Positions 34,155 through 44,003 of a stretch of DNA of 44,628 nt are shown in pieces; position 1 is the first letter of the stretch; every line of letters starts with the position of its first letter. Location of the stretch: positions 1 to 44,628 of IMG/VR virus record IMGVR_UViG_3300038530_001458; one strand, 5' to 3'. The notes below the pieces were generated by a model, which saw only the letters and a program-made list of their open reading frames with translations, was not told where the DNA came from and made no database searches. This DNA comes from a virus. Taxonomy: Duplodnaviria; Caudoviricetes. The position numbers and the translations under genes are program-made.

Positions 34155-37100
34155 ATGTCTTTGAACTCCAAGAGTAAAATTGAACTTATTGATGCGATCT
34201 GCGAAGGCCCTATAGAAGGGTTGGTAGACGCTTCACGCAAGGCTGTTTTTTTAAATGAAACTATCGTAACCGGAAGCCAAAAAAACGACGAAAAAGTTAT
34301 TTTTAAACAAAGGCAAGGCAATCAAAAGCAGGATCTTTTTTCTGAAAGCTCTACGCTAAGCGCAGCGCAAACAGTAGTTATTAACGTAGGCGAACAGGTC
34401 GGTAAAAGTTATAGCGAAAAATTGACAACAGATGGCACAAATACTGTAGCTAAAAGAGATTATGGAAAAGGTCAGGTTGCTAGACAATTGTCTGATGAAA
34501 ACATTGATTTTGTAGAATTAATTTTTCGTGTCCCCCGCCTTTTTTGCATAGCCTCAGAAGGAGTGGCTCGTGGACAGTTGTTTTCCGCATCACTCAAGTT
34601 TCAAATTTCTATAGCAGGTCCAGACACAGGTTATAAGCACATATTGCTTTCTAATAACGACAATATACAAAATGCTGATCAAGCAAATATTCTAACAGGC
34701 ATATCAAACTCTCCGTACCAATTTAAAACGCAAAGAATAGATCTCGCGTCGGTAACAGGCTCTAAGGTGGGGCCTTATCGCATAAGGGTAAGAAAGCTTG
34801 AATTTGGCAAAACAAGTCAAGAGCGTGAGGAAGCGTTTGAGATTTCGTTCAGAGATTTTAAGGACACACCAAAGAAAACACCAATAGCCTCTAAGCGAAA
34901 AGACGAGTTGATTTGGGACCAGATTATTATTGGGACGAAGCTAAAGGCCACATATCCAAACACCGCTTTGGTGTATATGGCAATTGATGCTGAAGAGTAT
35001 TCAACGTTGCCAGCCAGAGCTTACGATGTTAAAGGTTTAAGAGTTAAAATTCCTTCTAATTCGTATGTCGCAACAGATGGTAGCGGAAGATTAATTATTG
35101 ACCCTAACGTACCTTTTGACGGCAGTCTTAGAGAAGATGAGCTGCATTGGACTACTTGTCCGGTTTGTTGTTTTTATGATCTGCTTACCAACTCGCGTTA
35201 TGGTGCGGGTGATTTTATTGAGGAATCCAATTTAAACTGGGTTGACTTGATAGAGATTGCTAAATACTGCAATGACGAGGTAGATACACCAGACGGTAAA
35301 GAGGCTAGGTTTGCGATAAACACAGTCATTGGAACGCAGACTGAGGCGTATAACGTCTTGCAAGACATGGCTAGCATCTTTCGCGGCATGTTGTTTTGGA
35401 AGGCAGATAACGTTCAGATTGCTGCTGATCATGGAGGCGTTTCTTCTAACGTTCTGCACGTTTACAGCAACTCGAACGTTGTTGACGGCAGCTTTACCTA
35501 TAACGGATCGTCGTTGAAATCACGAAGCACACGAATAAAAGTGCGCTACAACGACCCAGAAAACTTCTATAAGCCAAACTATATTTGCGTTGAAGACCGT
35601 GACCTGATTAAAAAATATGGCGTACAAGAAAAGAGCATTGTGGCTTTTGGCTGTACGTCTAAATACCAGGCTCAACGAATGGGCAAGTGGATGATGCAGT
35701 CTGAGAAGCTGCATAACGACACTGTGACGTTTTCTGTGGGCCTTGAGGGCCTAAACGTACTTCCTGGTCAGGTGTTTGAGGTATCAGATGAGATGCGCCT
35801 TGGCACGCGAATTGCAGGTCGGATTGTTGGAGCGTTAGTTGACAGGGTCGTAGCTGACCAAACAGTTGTGCTGCCTCCTGGCGCAAACAATAAGGTATCA
35901 GTTGTGATGAAGGATGGAACGATTGAGACTAGCAGTATTTCAAGTGTTATCAATAACAACACAATTCTTGTTAGTCCTAGTTTTACACAAGTACCGCCGG
36001 ACAATGCTATTTACGCTATCAAAAACGACACTGCCAAACTTTTAAAATACCGTTGCCTGTCTGTAGCAGAAGGTGATGGCGGTGTTTATACGATTGTAGG
36101 CGTGCGGCATGATGAGGCTTTGTATGACGTTGTTGAAAGTAGCGATGCAACACTTACGCTTGAGCAACCGTTTAGCCTTATAGGCAAGCCACTAGCAGCG
36201 GTTGAGCCACTGATCACGTTTGAACAGATAGATGTCGGACGAAACACAACTAATCGTGCCACAGTATCGTGGAGTCGTGGACTGGCAAAGTATGCCTCAA
36301 GGTTTAAAGTCAGTTATAGGGTTGGACCTAACGGCAACACAAGAGCTGCATTTACCGACAATACTTTTATTGACATAGACGACAAGCTTGAGCCGGGGAA
36401 AGTCTTATTTGTAGAAGTGCAAGCAGTTGGCTTGGCTCCTGATTTCAAGCTGTCAGATGCTGTAGCAGTCAGTCGAGAAATACCAGAGCCTGGGACAAGT
36501 GACCCGAGTGGCGGGATAACAACTGATCCAAACGATAACGATAACCCAATAAAAATTGAATCGGTATTGCGTCCACCTGATCCTGAAGACGTTACTATCG
36601 AAGCCATTGGTGTCGATCAAGTCGCGTTACGTTGGGGCGCAACAGCAAGCGGTCAAAAGCTCGAAGGATTTGTTGCTGTAATTAAGCACTCATCTAAAAC
36701 TGACGGAAGTGGGTCTTGGGCAAACAGTTCTGTTCTTCGCAAGGTTGAGGCACGAACGACAACGGTTGTGCTGCCTTTGTTAAACGGCGAGTATCTTATC
36801 AAGTTTCAGAATGAGCAAAACCTGCGTAGCCTTAATGCGGTTAGCGCAATAATTAACATACCGGACGGCATCCCTCGCCTTAATTTTGAAGTATTTAGAG
36901 AGGACCAGCTTGCCAATGAGTTTGGCGGTGACAAGGTTGGTGTTTTTTACAAGCAGGAATACGACGGGTTGATTCTCGATGGAGACGCATCGTTTGATGC
37001 TATCTCAAATTTTGATACTTTCAGAGCTGGCCCCGATATTTTGGCGTCAGAAATAGTCGCTGGCAAGGTTTACACAATACTTGCAGCCGGCACGACTGAT

Positions 37101-37925
37101 TTTACAGCGGTTGGAGCGGCGAATAACAATACAGGAACTATTTTTACAGCCACAGGATCTGCTACTGGCAGTGGGACACTATATGCGTTTATCGACAGCC
37201 ATTTTGGAACGCAACTTACCAAGGGCGAATACTTCTTTCAAAAAACAGTTGACCTTGGCGGCAAGTACAGCGTGCGTATGCAGCGTGTGTTGACAACTAG
37301 AGGTCTTTACGCAAGTGATTTAATTGATGACCGCACAGAGAATGTTGATACGTGGTCTGACTTTGACGGTCTTGTGCCTGACGATACGAACGTTGAGGTG
37401 TATTTCCGCAAAAACATTGATACTCAAAATTCATTGACTCCAGCAGGGTTGACGGGCGACATTGTGCAAGAGGACGGTTCAAAAATTGAACAAGAAGACG
37501 ATGTCAGCGCTTTTAAACGCGAAGCGGTGCTTGAGTTTGAAGACTGGATACCACTAGAAAACAATGTGTATGTGGGGCGGTTCTTTCAGTTCAAAGCTGT
37601 ACTGACAACGGACCATGTTGACCAAACGCCGATTGTGGATCAACTGGGAGTTACGTTGCAGTTTGAGCGTCGAACGGAAAGCAGCAAGAAAATTGCTTCT
37701 GGACAAACAAGCAAGTCTGAAACGTTTGAAAAAGCGTTTTATACCGACGCTGACACAGAGGTCGCTGTCGGTATTACTGCTTTCGACATGAACAGCGGCG
37801 ATTACTACAGGCTGACAAATGTGACAGGAACAGGCTTTACGATCACTTTTTACAACAGCAGCAACACTGTCATTGACAAGGAATTTCAGTACACTGCGAT
37901 AGGATACGGAACACAGCAGTCTTAA
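34155..37925 (+). CDS. Central tail tip/host-specificity protein J-like
   Basis: DAICEGPIEGL, YPNTAL, YDLLTN.RYGAG, FGCTS..QA.R.GKW; FnIII-like domains. Confidence 0.92.
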   Translation: MSLNSKSKIELIDAICEGPIEGLVDASRKAVFLNETIVTGSQKNDEKVIFKQRQGNQKQDLFSESSTLSAAQTVVINVGEQVGKSYSEKLTTDGTNTVAKRDYGKGQVARQLSDENIDFVELIFRVPRLFCIASEGVARGQLFSASLKFQISIAGPDTGYKHILLSNNDNIQNADQANILTGISNSPYQFKTQRIDLASVTGSKVGPYRIRVRKLEFGKTSQEREEAFEISFRDFKDTPKKTPIASKRKDELIWDQIIIGTKLKATYPNTALVYMAIDAEEYSTLPARAYDVKGLRVKIPSNSYVATDGSGRLIIDPNVPFDGSLREDELHWTTCPVCCFYDLLTNSRYGAGDFIEESNLNWVDLIEIAKYCNDEVDTPDGKEARFAINTVIGTQTEAYNVLQDMASIFRGMLFWKADNVQIAADHGGVSSNVLHVYSNSNVVDGSFTYNGSSLKSRSTRIKVRYNDPENFYKPNYICVEDRDLIKKYGVQEKSIVAFGCTSKYQAQRMGKWMMQSEKLHNDTVTFSVGLEGLNVLPGQVFEVSDEMRLGTRIAGRIVGALVDRVVADQTVVLPPGANNKVSVVMKDGTIETSSISSVINNNTILVSPSFTQVPPDNAIYAIKNDTAKLLKYRCLSVAEGDGGVYTIVGVRHDEALYDVVESSDATLTLEQPFSLIGKPLAAVEPLITFEQIDVGRNTTNRATVSWSRGLAKYASRFKVSYRVGPNGNTRAAFTDNTFIDIDDKLEPGKVLFVEVQAVGLAPDFKLSDAVAVSREIPEPGTSDPSGGITTDPNDNDNPIKIESVLRPPDPEDVTIEAIGVDQVALRWGATASGQKLEGFVAVIKHSSKTDGSGSWANSSVLRKVEARTTTVVLPLLNGEYLIKFQNEQNLRSLNAVSAIINIPDGIPRLNFEVFREDQLANEFGGDKVGVFYKQEYDGLILDGDASFDAISNFDTFRAGPDILASEIVAGKVYTILAAGTTDFTAVGAANNNTGTIFTATGSATGSGTLYAFIDSHFGTQLTKGEYFFQKTVDLGGKYSVRMQRVLTTRGLYASDLIDDRTENVDTWSDFDGLVPDDTNVEVYFRKNIDTQNSLTPAGLTGDIVQEDGSKIEQEDDVSAFKREAVLEFEDWIPLENNVYVGRFFQFKAVLTTDHVDQTPIVDQLGVTLQFERRTESSKKIASGQTSKSETFEKAFYTDADTEVAVGITAFDMNSGDYYRLTNVTGTGFTITFYNSSNTVIDKEFQYTAIGYGTQQS

Positions 37926-37934
37926 GGCGTCGTT

Positions 37935-38885
37935 ATGGCTCAAGCAGACGGAGTTGTCTCAAACGCTAGTGGTGCAGCCGTAAGGCAAGACATCAACAAC
38001 CAGATAGAGGCTGCGTTCACAAACCAAAGTGGCGACACATCTCCGGCCACTACATACCCATGTCAGTTTTATGCTGACACTGCGAACGATATATTAAAGA
38101 TTCGGGACAAAACCACCAGCAGCACTTATTATTCCTTAAGAACCTTAGACGGCAAAGTAATTCTGCCTGCTGGATCAGCCGCTGCACCAGCTATTTTTTT
38201 TAACGGGGAAACAAATACTGGCTTTTATGAAGAGGCAAACGATGTAATTGCTGTTACCCATGATGGGACGCAAGTATGCGCGTTTGGCAAAAATATGACA
38301 GGGAATCAAGCGCAAAGTGATTGCTTAGTTTATGGAAGCGCTTCAAGTCAAACGACTACGCCTGGCGAAGGAAACAATAACGCGGCTATAGCCGGATTTA
38401 TGGTTGCAAAAGACGGCGTTACACAAATCGGGTCATACGATAAAAGGCCGCTAGTTCTTAATAGAATGGCTACTATCGGTGGTGCAACCGGATTACTTGC
38501 ATTTCACACCAATGGCACTCAGGTAGCGCAAATCACTACGAACGGCTCTGCTGTTGCATACAACACAGCATCTGATTACAGACTAAAACAAAACGTAGTT
38601 CCTTTAACTGGTGCAAAGGCAAGAGTAAATCAATTTAATGTATGTCGATTTAATTTTACTGCTCTACCAAGTCAAACAGTTGATGGCTTCTTGGCGCATG
38701 AAGCACAAGAGATTGTTCCTGAGGCAGTTACTGGCTCAAAAGATGGAGTTTTAGAGGATGGAAGCCCTGACTACCAAGGTATTGATCAATCTAAGATTGT
38801 CCCATTATTGACCGCTGCATTACAAGAGGCTTTTGCTGAGATCGCTGCTCTCACAGCGCGTGTTGAAGCTTTGGAGGCTAGCTGA
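37935..38885 (+). CDS. Tail fibre with C-terminal intramolecular chaperone (peptidase S74)
   Basis: SDYRLKQN autocleavage motif, GFLAHE, terminal coiled coil. Confidence 0.85.
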   Translation: MAQADGVVSNASGAAVRQDINNQIEAAFTNQSGDTSPATTYPCQFYADTANDILKIRDKTTSSTYYSLRTLDGKVILPAGSAAAPAIFFNGETNTGFYEEANDVIAVTHDGTQVCAFGKNMTGNQAQSDCLVYGSASSQTTTPGEGNNNAAIAGFMVAKDGVTQIGSYDKRPLVLNRMATIGGATGLLAFHTNGTQVAQITTNGSAVAYNTASDYRLKQNVVPLTGAKARVNQFNVCRFNFTALPSQTVDGFLAHEAQEIVPEAVTGSKDGVLEDGSPDYQGIDQSKIVPLLTAALQEAFAEIAALTARVEALEAS

Positions 38886-39985
38886 TGGCTGACAAAAGAA
38901 TTTCAGCCTTAACTGGCCTAACTGATCCAGCTGACGGCGATTTATTTGCTGTTGTTGACGTAAGTCAAGCAGCTGATGCAGACAAAAACAAAAAAATTAC
39001 GTTCCAAACTCTTCATAAGACTGTAGGAGATGGAACGGCAGCATCACCGTCAATCAGCTTTTTAAGCGATGGTGGTGCAGATGGCCTTTTTAAGCCTGCC
39101 CAGTCCGAAGTAGCTGTTGCTGTTGGTGGTGCTTATAGCAGCAAGTTCACTACAGCTGGGTTTCAGGTAGGCACTGGAACGGCAGCAGCACAGCTGCACT
39201 TATTCAGCAGCGATACGACTGATCAAGTCATCATTGAAAACACTGATGCTGGTCTAGATACAGCGCCTGATGTGGTGTTGTATCGCAACTCAGCTTCACC
39301 TGCCAATAACGACTTTACGGGCAACATCGAGTTTCGTGGCAGAAACGCTAGTGCTCAAAACATTACTTACGGACAAATTCTTACAAGGATTGGCGATGTA
39401 ACTGCTGGCAGTGAAGACGGAACACTGCAGTTGATGACTGCTGCTGCTGGAACGACTGCTGCACGTATCACGATTAAGAGCGACAAGGTCGGTATCGGCG
39501 AAGCAGTACCTACACATCCGCTCCACATTACGGAATCGGTTGCAAACACTGGGTTGTTTATCGAGTCAGCAGAGGCGGTCAGTGTCAGTGCTGCTGACAT
39601 CACGTTGTATCACCACAGAGGCAGCAGCGTTTCTGGTCAAGACGCCGATGTTTTAAGCACCATCAAGTTCCAAGGCAATAACGACGCGTCGACGCCTGAG
39701 CAGATTTTGTTTGGGGCGGTAGAAGCCAGCATCGTTGATGCTAGTGACACGACTGAAGACGGCAAGCTTGACTTCAAGGTGCAGGCTGCTGGCGCATTGA
39801 CGAGCATGGCTGCAATTACAGCAGCAAACGTCACGCTTGGTAGTCGTCCGATTTTGCCAACGCATACACCTGCATCAGCTAGCGCAGCTGGTACGGCAGG
39901 CGAGGTGGCATGGGACGCTAATTACATTTATATCTGTACTGCCACCAATACCTGGAAACGGGTTGCTATTTCGACTTGGTCGTGA
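38885..39985 (+). CDS. Tail fibre protein with two internal repeats
   Basis: MADKRISAL N-terminus; duplicated LH...IE....D..LY...S...D....I.F.G.N unit; C-terminal YIYICTATNTWKR. Confidence 0.75.
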   Translation: MADKRISALTGLTDPADGDLFAVVDVSQAADADKNKKITFQTLHKTVGDGTAASPSISFLSDGGADGLFKPAQSEVAVAVGGAYSSKFTTAGFQVGTGTAAAQLHLFSSDTTDQVIIENTDAGLDTAPDVVLYRNSASPANNDFTGNIEFRGRNASAQNITYGQILTRIGDVTAGSEDGTLQLMTAAAGTTAARITIKSDKVGIGEAVPTHPLHITESVANTGLFIESAEAVSVSAADITLYHHRGSSVSGQDADVLSTIKFQGNNDASTPEQILFGAVEASIVDASDTTEDGKLDFKVQAAGALTSMAAITAANVTLGSRPILPTHTPASASAAGTAGEVAWDANYIYICTATNTWKRVAISTWS

Positions 39986-40017
39986 TGGCGGTAGCATTAG
40001 CTGGAGGTTGAGGGATC

Positions 40018-40611
40018 ATGGCAAACGCAAAGATCACTGATCTGACTGAGCTAACAGCAGTTCAGGGGTCTGACGTACTGCCGATTGTTGACACGCTCAA
40101 CGATCAGACCAAGAAAGTCACTGTGACCAATGTGGTCACAACTGGTTTGTCTGATACTGCTGTGACTCCAGGGTCTTACACCCTATCAAGCATTACCGTT
40201 GATCAGAAAGGTCGTATTACAGCTGCGTCTAATGGGACTGCTGTTGATACAGACAAGATTGTTGAAGGCAACAGCGAAGCTGAGGTTGTCGATACCGGCT
40301 CAGATGGCCACTTTAAAGTTACAACTGAAGGTAGTGAACGAATACGTGTCGGGCCTGCTGGTCAGGTGGGTATTGCTGGCGCAAACTACGGAACTAGCGG
40401 TCAGGTTTTAACGAGTGGGGGGCCTTCTGGTGCGGTTAGTTGGCAAGATGCTGCCGCAGGTGCAACAGGTGTAATCCTGGAAAACCAACAGGCCATCAGC
40501 AGTAACTACACACTGACTGCTAATTACAATGGATTGAGCGTTGGTCCGGTCACGATCCAAAACTCAATCGCTGTCACTGTCCCTAACGGGGCAGTTTGGA
40601 TGATTCTCTGA
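40018..40611 (+). CDS. Tail fibre/adaptor protein
   Basis: MANAKITDL N-terminus; ITVDQKGRIT; C-terminal GPVTI...W domain. Confidence 0.72.
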   Translation: MANAKITDLTELTAVQGSDVLPIVDTLNDQTKKVTVTNVVTTGLSDTAVTPGSYTLSSITVDQKGRITAASNGTAVDTDKIVEGNSEAEVVDTGSDGHFKVTTEGSERIRVGPAGQVGIAGANYGTSGQVLTSGGPSGAVSWQDAAAGATGVILENQQAISSNYTLTANYNGLSVGPVTIQNSIAVTVPNGAVWMIL

Positions 40612-40613
40612 TC

Positions 40614-41222
40614 ATGGCCATCAAACTAAAGCGGAGCAGCACTGCCAATAAGCGTCCAATCCCTTCGCTGCTGGGATCTGGTGAGCCGGTTGTCAATACA
40701 AATGAAGCGTCACCAGCGCTGTTTTTCAAAGATACGAACGGCAACCTAGTCAAGGTTGGTCCGGTTCATATCGGAACCAACGCTCCAAACTCATCACCAG
40801 CTAGCACGGCTGCTACTGCGCTTGTCGCTGGTACGACGTATCAGATCCTGACTGTTGGCTCTACTGACTTCACGTCTGTTGGAGCGTCTAACAACAACGT
40901 CGGCACAATTTTCCAAGCCACTGGAGCGGCAACTGGTTCTGGCACGGTATCTGGTCAGCAAGGCGTTGAAAAAGGTGAGGAGTGGCTTGATACGAGTACG
41001 AACAAGCTCAAGATCTATAACGGCAGTGCGTGGGTTGAAGTTGGCGGTGGTGGCTATCCAGCTGGTGGTGGCTCAGATGAGTGGGCGCTAGAGCACGACA
41101 ACACAGTGACGACTTCGTACTCAATCGGAAGCGGCAAAAATGTGGTGTCTGCCGGTCCAGTTAGCGTGAATGCATCGGCAGTGGTCACGGTGCCAGCCAC
41201 TACAACCTGGGTGATTATCTAA
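40614..41222 (+). CDS. Tail fibre/adaptor protein
   Basis: MAIKLKRS N-terminus; WLDT...LKIYNGSAW; C-terminal GPVSV...W domain. Confidence 0.72.
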   Translation: MAIKLKRSSTANKRPIPSLLGSGEPVVNTNEASPALFFKDTNGNLVKVGPVHIGTNAPNSSPASTAATALVAGTTYQILTVGSTDFTSVGASNNNVGTIFQATGAATGSGTVSGQQGVEKGEEWLDTSTNKLKIYNGSAWVEVGGGGYPAGGGSDEWALEHDNTVTTSYSIGSGKNVVSAGPVSVNASAVVTVPATTTWVII

Positions 41223-41518
41223 TGGGACTCCGACTAGAAGGCCAAACTACAGGGCACGTAACGCTGCAGGCACCAGCAACTGCCGCTAGCAATACGTTGA
41301 CCTTGCCTAATGGCAATGGTTCTAACGGCGACACGTTGATAACGAATGGCAGTGGTGTGTTGTCGTTCTCGTCAGTATTGACCAGTGGTCAGTCGCTCGC
41401 ATCTAATACAACGATTGCAGCATCAACCAATGCGGGTGTTATAGGGCCTAGGTACACGATTGCGACAGGCGCTACACTAACGGTATCGACTGGTTCGTTC
41501 TTTACGGTGCTGAGCTGA
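41222..41518 (+). CDS. Small fibre adaptor protein
   Basis: TLTLP, NGSGVLSF motifs; C-terminal domain like the two upstream genes. Confidence 0.68.
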   Translation: MGLRLEGQTTGHVTLQAPATAASNTLTLPNGNGSNGDTLITNGSGVLSFSSVLTSGQSLASNTTIAASTNAGVIGPRYTIATGATLTVSTGSFFTVLS

Positions 41519-41519
41519 C

Positions 41520-42038
41520 ATGGCAGGAACAATCATTGCTGACACTCTTGAGCACTCTGATTCATCGTCACTAGCGACGAACCAGATTCCAGCGAAAAAC
41601 GCTGCACAAACTTTTAGCGCTGCACAGACGTTTACAGCGCAGTCAGTTCATAACGGCGGGATCGACTGTAATGGTGCTGTAGACATCGACGCCAATGTGG
41701 ACGTAGCTGGAGCGTTCAATATTGACGGACAATATAAGCAGGTATCAGAAGCAGTTTCAGCCTTAGAAATTGATCTAAGCACTGGTAACTACTTTACGAA
41801 GACTATAAGTGGTAACTCAACGTTTACTTTCGCGAACCCACCTGCAAGCGGAACTGTCGGATCTTTTACGCTTGAGCTAACGCATAGCTCTGGGACGGTC
41901 ACTTGGCCAAGCAGCGTCAAATTTAACTCTGATACTGCGCCTACGCTCACAACTGGCAAGACACACTTGTTCTTCTTCGTAACTGATGATGGTGGCACGC
42001 GCTATCGCGGGGCTGCTCTTGTTGACTATGTAAACTGA
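41520..42038 (+). CDS. Tail fibre adaptor protein (paralog of 44564..476)
   Basis: Shared AQT(F/Y)xAxQ and NxF..T+..N...TW.S...APTL domain. Confidence 0.72.
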   Translation: MAGTIIADTLEHSDSSSLATNQIPAKNAAQTFSAAQTFTAQSVHNGGIDCNGAVDIDANVDVAGAFNIDGQYKQVSEAVSALEIDLSTGNYFTKTISGNSTFTFANPPASGTVGSFTLELTHSSGTVTWPSSVKFNSDTAPTLTTGKTHLFFFVTDDGGTRYRGAALVDYVN

Positions 42039-42045
42039 GGACAGT

Positions 42046-43998
42046 ATGGATCCGATTACACGACAGGCGATTGCTGTTGCTGCTGGAGCAGGCGGTGGTG
42101 ACCCGCTTTACGTTGACGACGTATTTAGCACGTTTTTGTATGCCGGCAATGGTGGCACTCAGTCAATTAATAATGGGATTGATATCAGTGGCGAAGGCGG
42201 CTTGGTTTGGGTTAAAGATAGGGATTCACCGCGTTCACATGTTCTTGCTGGCCCTGACTTGGTAAGTCTTAGTAAAACTAATTTAGCGTCAGACTCAAAT
42301 AGTGTTGCTGGCACAGAAACTAATTATGTAACTAGCTTTTCAAGTAACGGTTTTAGCGTAGGCAACTCTAGCTCTGTCAACAATGGAAGTGACACATATG
42401 TTTCTTGGACCTTCCGCAAAGCGCCTGGGTTTTTTGACGTAGTTACTTATACGGGAAATGCTACAGCAGGGCATACTATTTCGCATAGCCTTGGTTCAAC
42501 GCCAGGCATGATTATAATTAAGTCCACAAGTAATTCTGAAAACTGGCAAGTATGGCACAGGTCTGCAACAGGAAATCTGGAATTAGACAATACTGGAGCA
42601 CTAAATACATCATCAGTTAGAGTTAATTCAGTTACTAGCACTAGCTTTGCGTTGACCGGGGGATTTAATACTTCAAATGGCAATGGCCAAACTTATGTAG
42701 CCTACGTTTTTGCCCACGACGACCAATCGTTTGGAACGAATGGCGACGAAGCAGTCGTTAATTGTGGAACGTTTAGTACAGATAGTAATGGGCATTTTGG
42801 CACGGTAAATCTTGGTTTTGAGCCGCAGTTTTTGCTTGTAAAATCAACCAGCGTTGGCAACTGGTTTTTAATAGATTCGATGAGAGGGCTTGGCGTAAGT
42901 TACACAGTAACACTTCGTACTAACGACAATGGCACTGATAGTTTATATCAAGGAGAAGGTTATTTAGCGCCAGAGCCAAATGGATTTAAAAGCACACTAA
43001 ATTTGCTCGGCTCAAGCCAAACTTTTATCTACATGGCGATCCGCCGTCCAAATAAGCCGCCGACAGCTGGGACAGAGGTGTTCAAACCTGTTGCAAGATC
43101 AGGCACAGGCTCAAATGCATCAATCACAGGTGTGGGATTTGCGCCAGACAGTCATTTCAGCAAAATTCGCATGAGCGGCAACACTTATCAAAACTTATGG
43201 TTTGACAGGATAAGACGTGCTGGAACATATATTAAACCAGCAGCCACGGCGCAAGAAAATACTAGCAGCAATATACAACTTTCATTTGATCAAGATGGCG
43301 TTACGCTTGGCAATGGCAATAATGCAAACGGTTCTGGCCTCACTTACATAAACTATTTCTTTAAGCGTGTCCCAAGCTTTTTTGAGGTGGTGGCTTATAC
43401 GGGGACGGGCAGCTTGTCAGGTGTAAATCACAATCTCGGCGTAACACCAGAACTAAAAATTATCAAAAGTCGCAGTCACACAAGTGATTGGGTCGTTGGT
43501 GGTTCTGCTCTGACTAATTTAAATTACGGCTACATGTATCTAAATTCAAACGGCGCTGCAAGTATAGGCTCTGCTTACTGGAATTCTAGTAGTAGTGATA
43601 GTGCTACAGTTTTTAGTGTTGTAAACACTAATTCAGCATCAGATTATTCTGGAAGAACTTATGTAGCTTATCTTTTTGCAACCTTAGACGGTATAAGTAA
43701 GGTTGGCACATACAGCGGCACAGGTTACGACGTTAATGTTGACTGCGGTTTCACGGCAGGTGCGCGGTTTATCATGATTAAACGCACTGATAGCACCGGC
43801 GATTGGTATTTCTGGGATAGTGCTCGCGGCATTTTAAGCGGTGTTGAACCCTATCTTCTGTTTAATACAACTGATTCAGAGCCCTCTACAACACCTGACT
43901 ACATTGACCCGTTGAACGCCGGGTTTACAGTTACCTCGTCAGCCCCTGCTGCATTAAATGCAAGTGGTGGCACTTACCTGTTCTTTGCCATCGCCTAA
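42046..43998 (+). CDS. Putative receptor-binding/tail fibre tip protein, paralog 2
   Basis: Collinear with 473..2407; identical C-terminus ALNASGGTYLF.AIA. Confidence 0.8.
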   Translation: MDPITRQAIAVAAGAGGGDPLYVDDVFSTFLYAGNGGTQSINNGIDISGEGGLVWVKDRDSPRSHVLAGPDLVSLSKTNLASDSNSVAGTETNYVTSFSSNGFSVGNSSSVNNGSDTYVSWTFRKAPGFFDVVTYTGNATAGHTISHSLGSTPGMIIIKSTSNSENWQVWHRSATGNLELDNTGALNTSSVRVNSVTSTSFALTGGFNTSNGNGQTYVAYVFAHDDQSFGTNGDEAVVNCGTFSTDSNGHFGTVNLGFEPQFLLVKSTSVGNWFLIDSMRGLGVSYTVTLRTNDNGTDSLYQGEGYLAPEPNGFKSTLNLLGSSQTFIYMAIRRPNKPPTAGTEVFKPVARSGTGSNASITGVGFAPDSHFSKIRMSGNTYQNLWFDRIRRAGTYIKPAATAQENTSSNIQLSFDQDGVTLGNGNNANGSGLTYINYFFKRVPSFFEVVAYTGTGSLSGVNHNLGVTPELKIIKSRSHTSDWVVGGSALTNLNYGYMYLNSNGAASIGSAYWNSSSSDSATVFSVVNTNSASDYSGRTYVAYLFATLDGISKVGTYSGTGYDVNVDCGFTAGARFIMIKRTDSTGDWYFWDSARGILSGVEPYLLFNTTDSEPSTTPDYIDPLNAGFTVTSSAPAALNASGGTYLFFAIA

Positions 43999-44003
43999 TC
44001 ATC

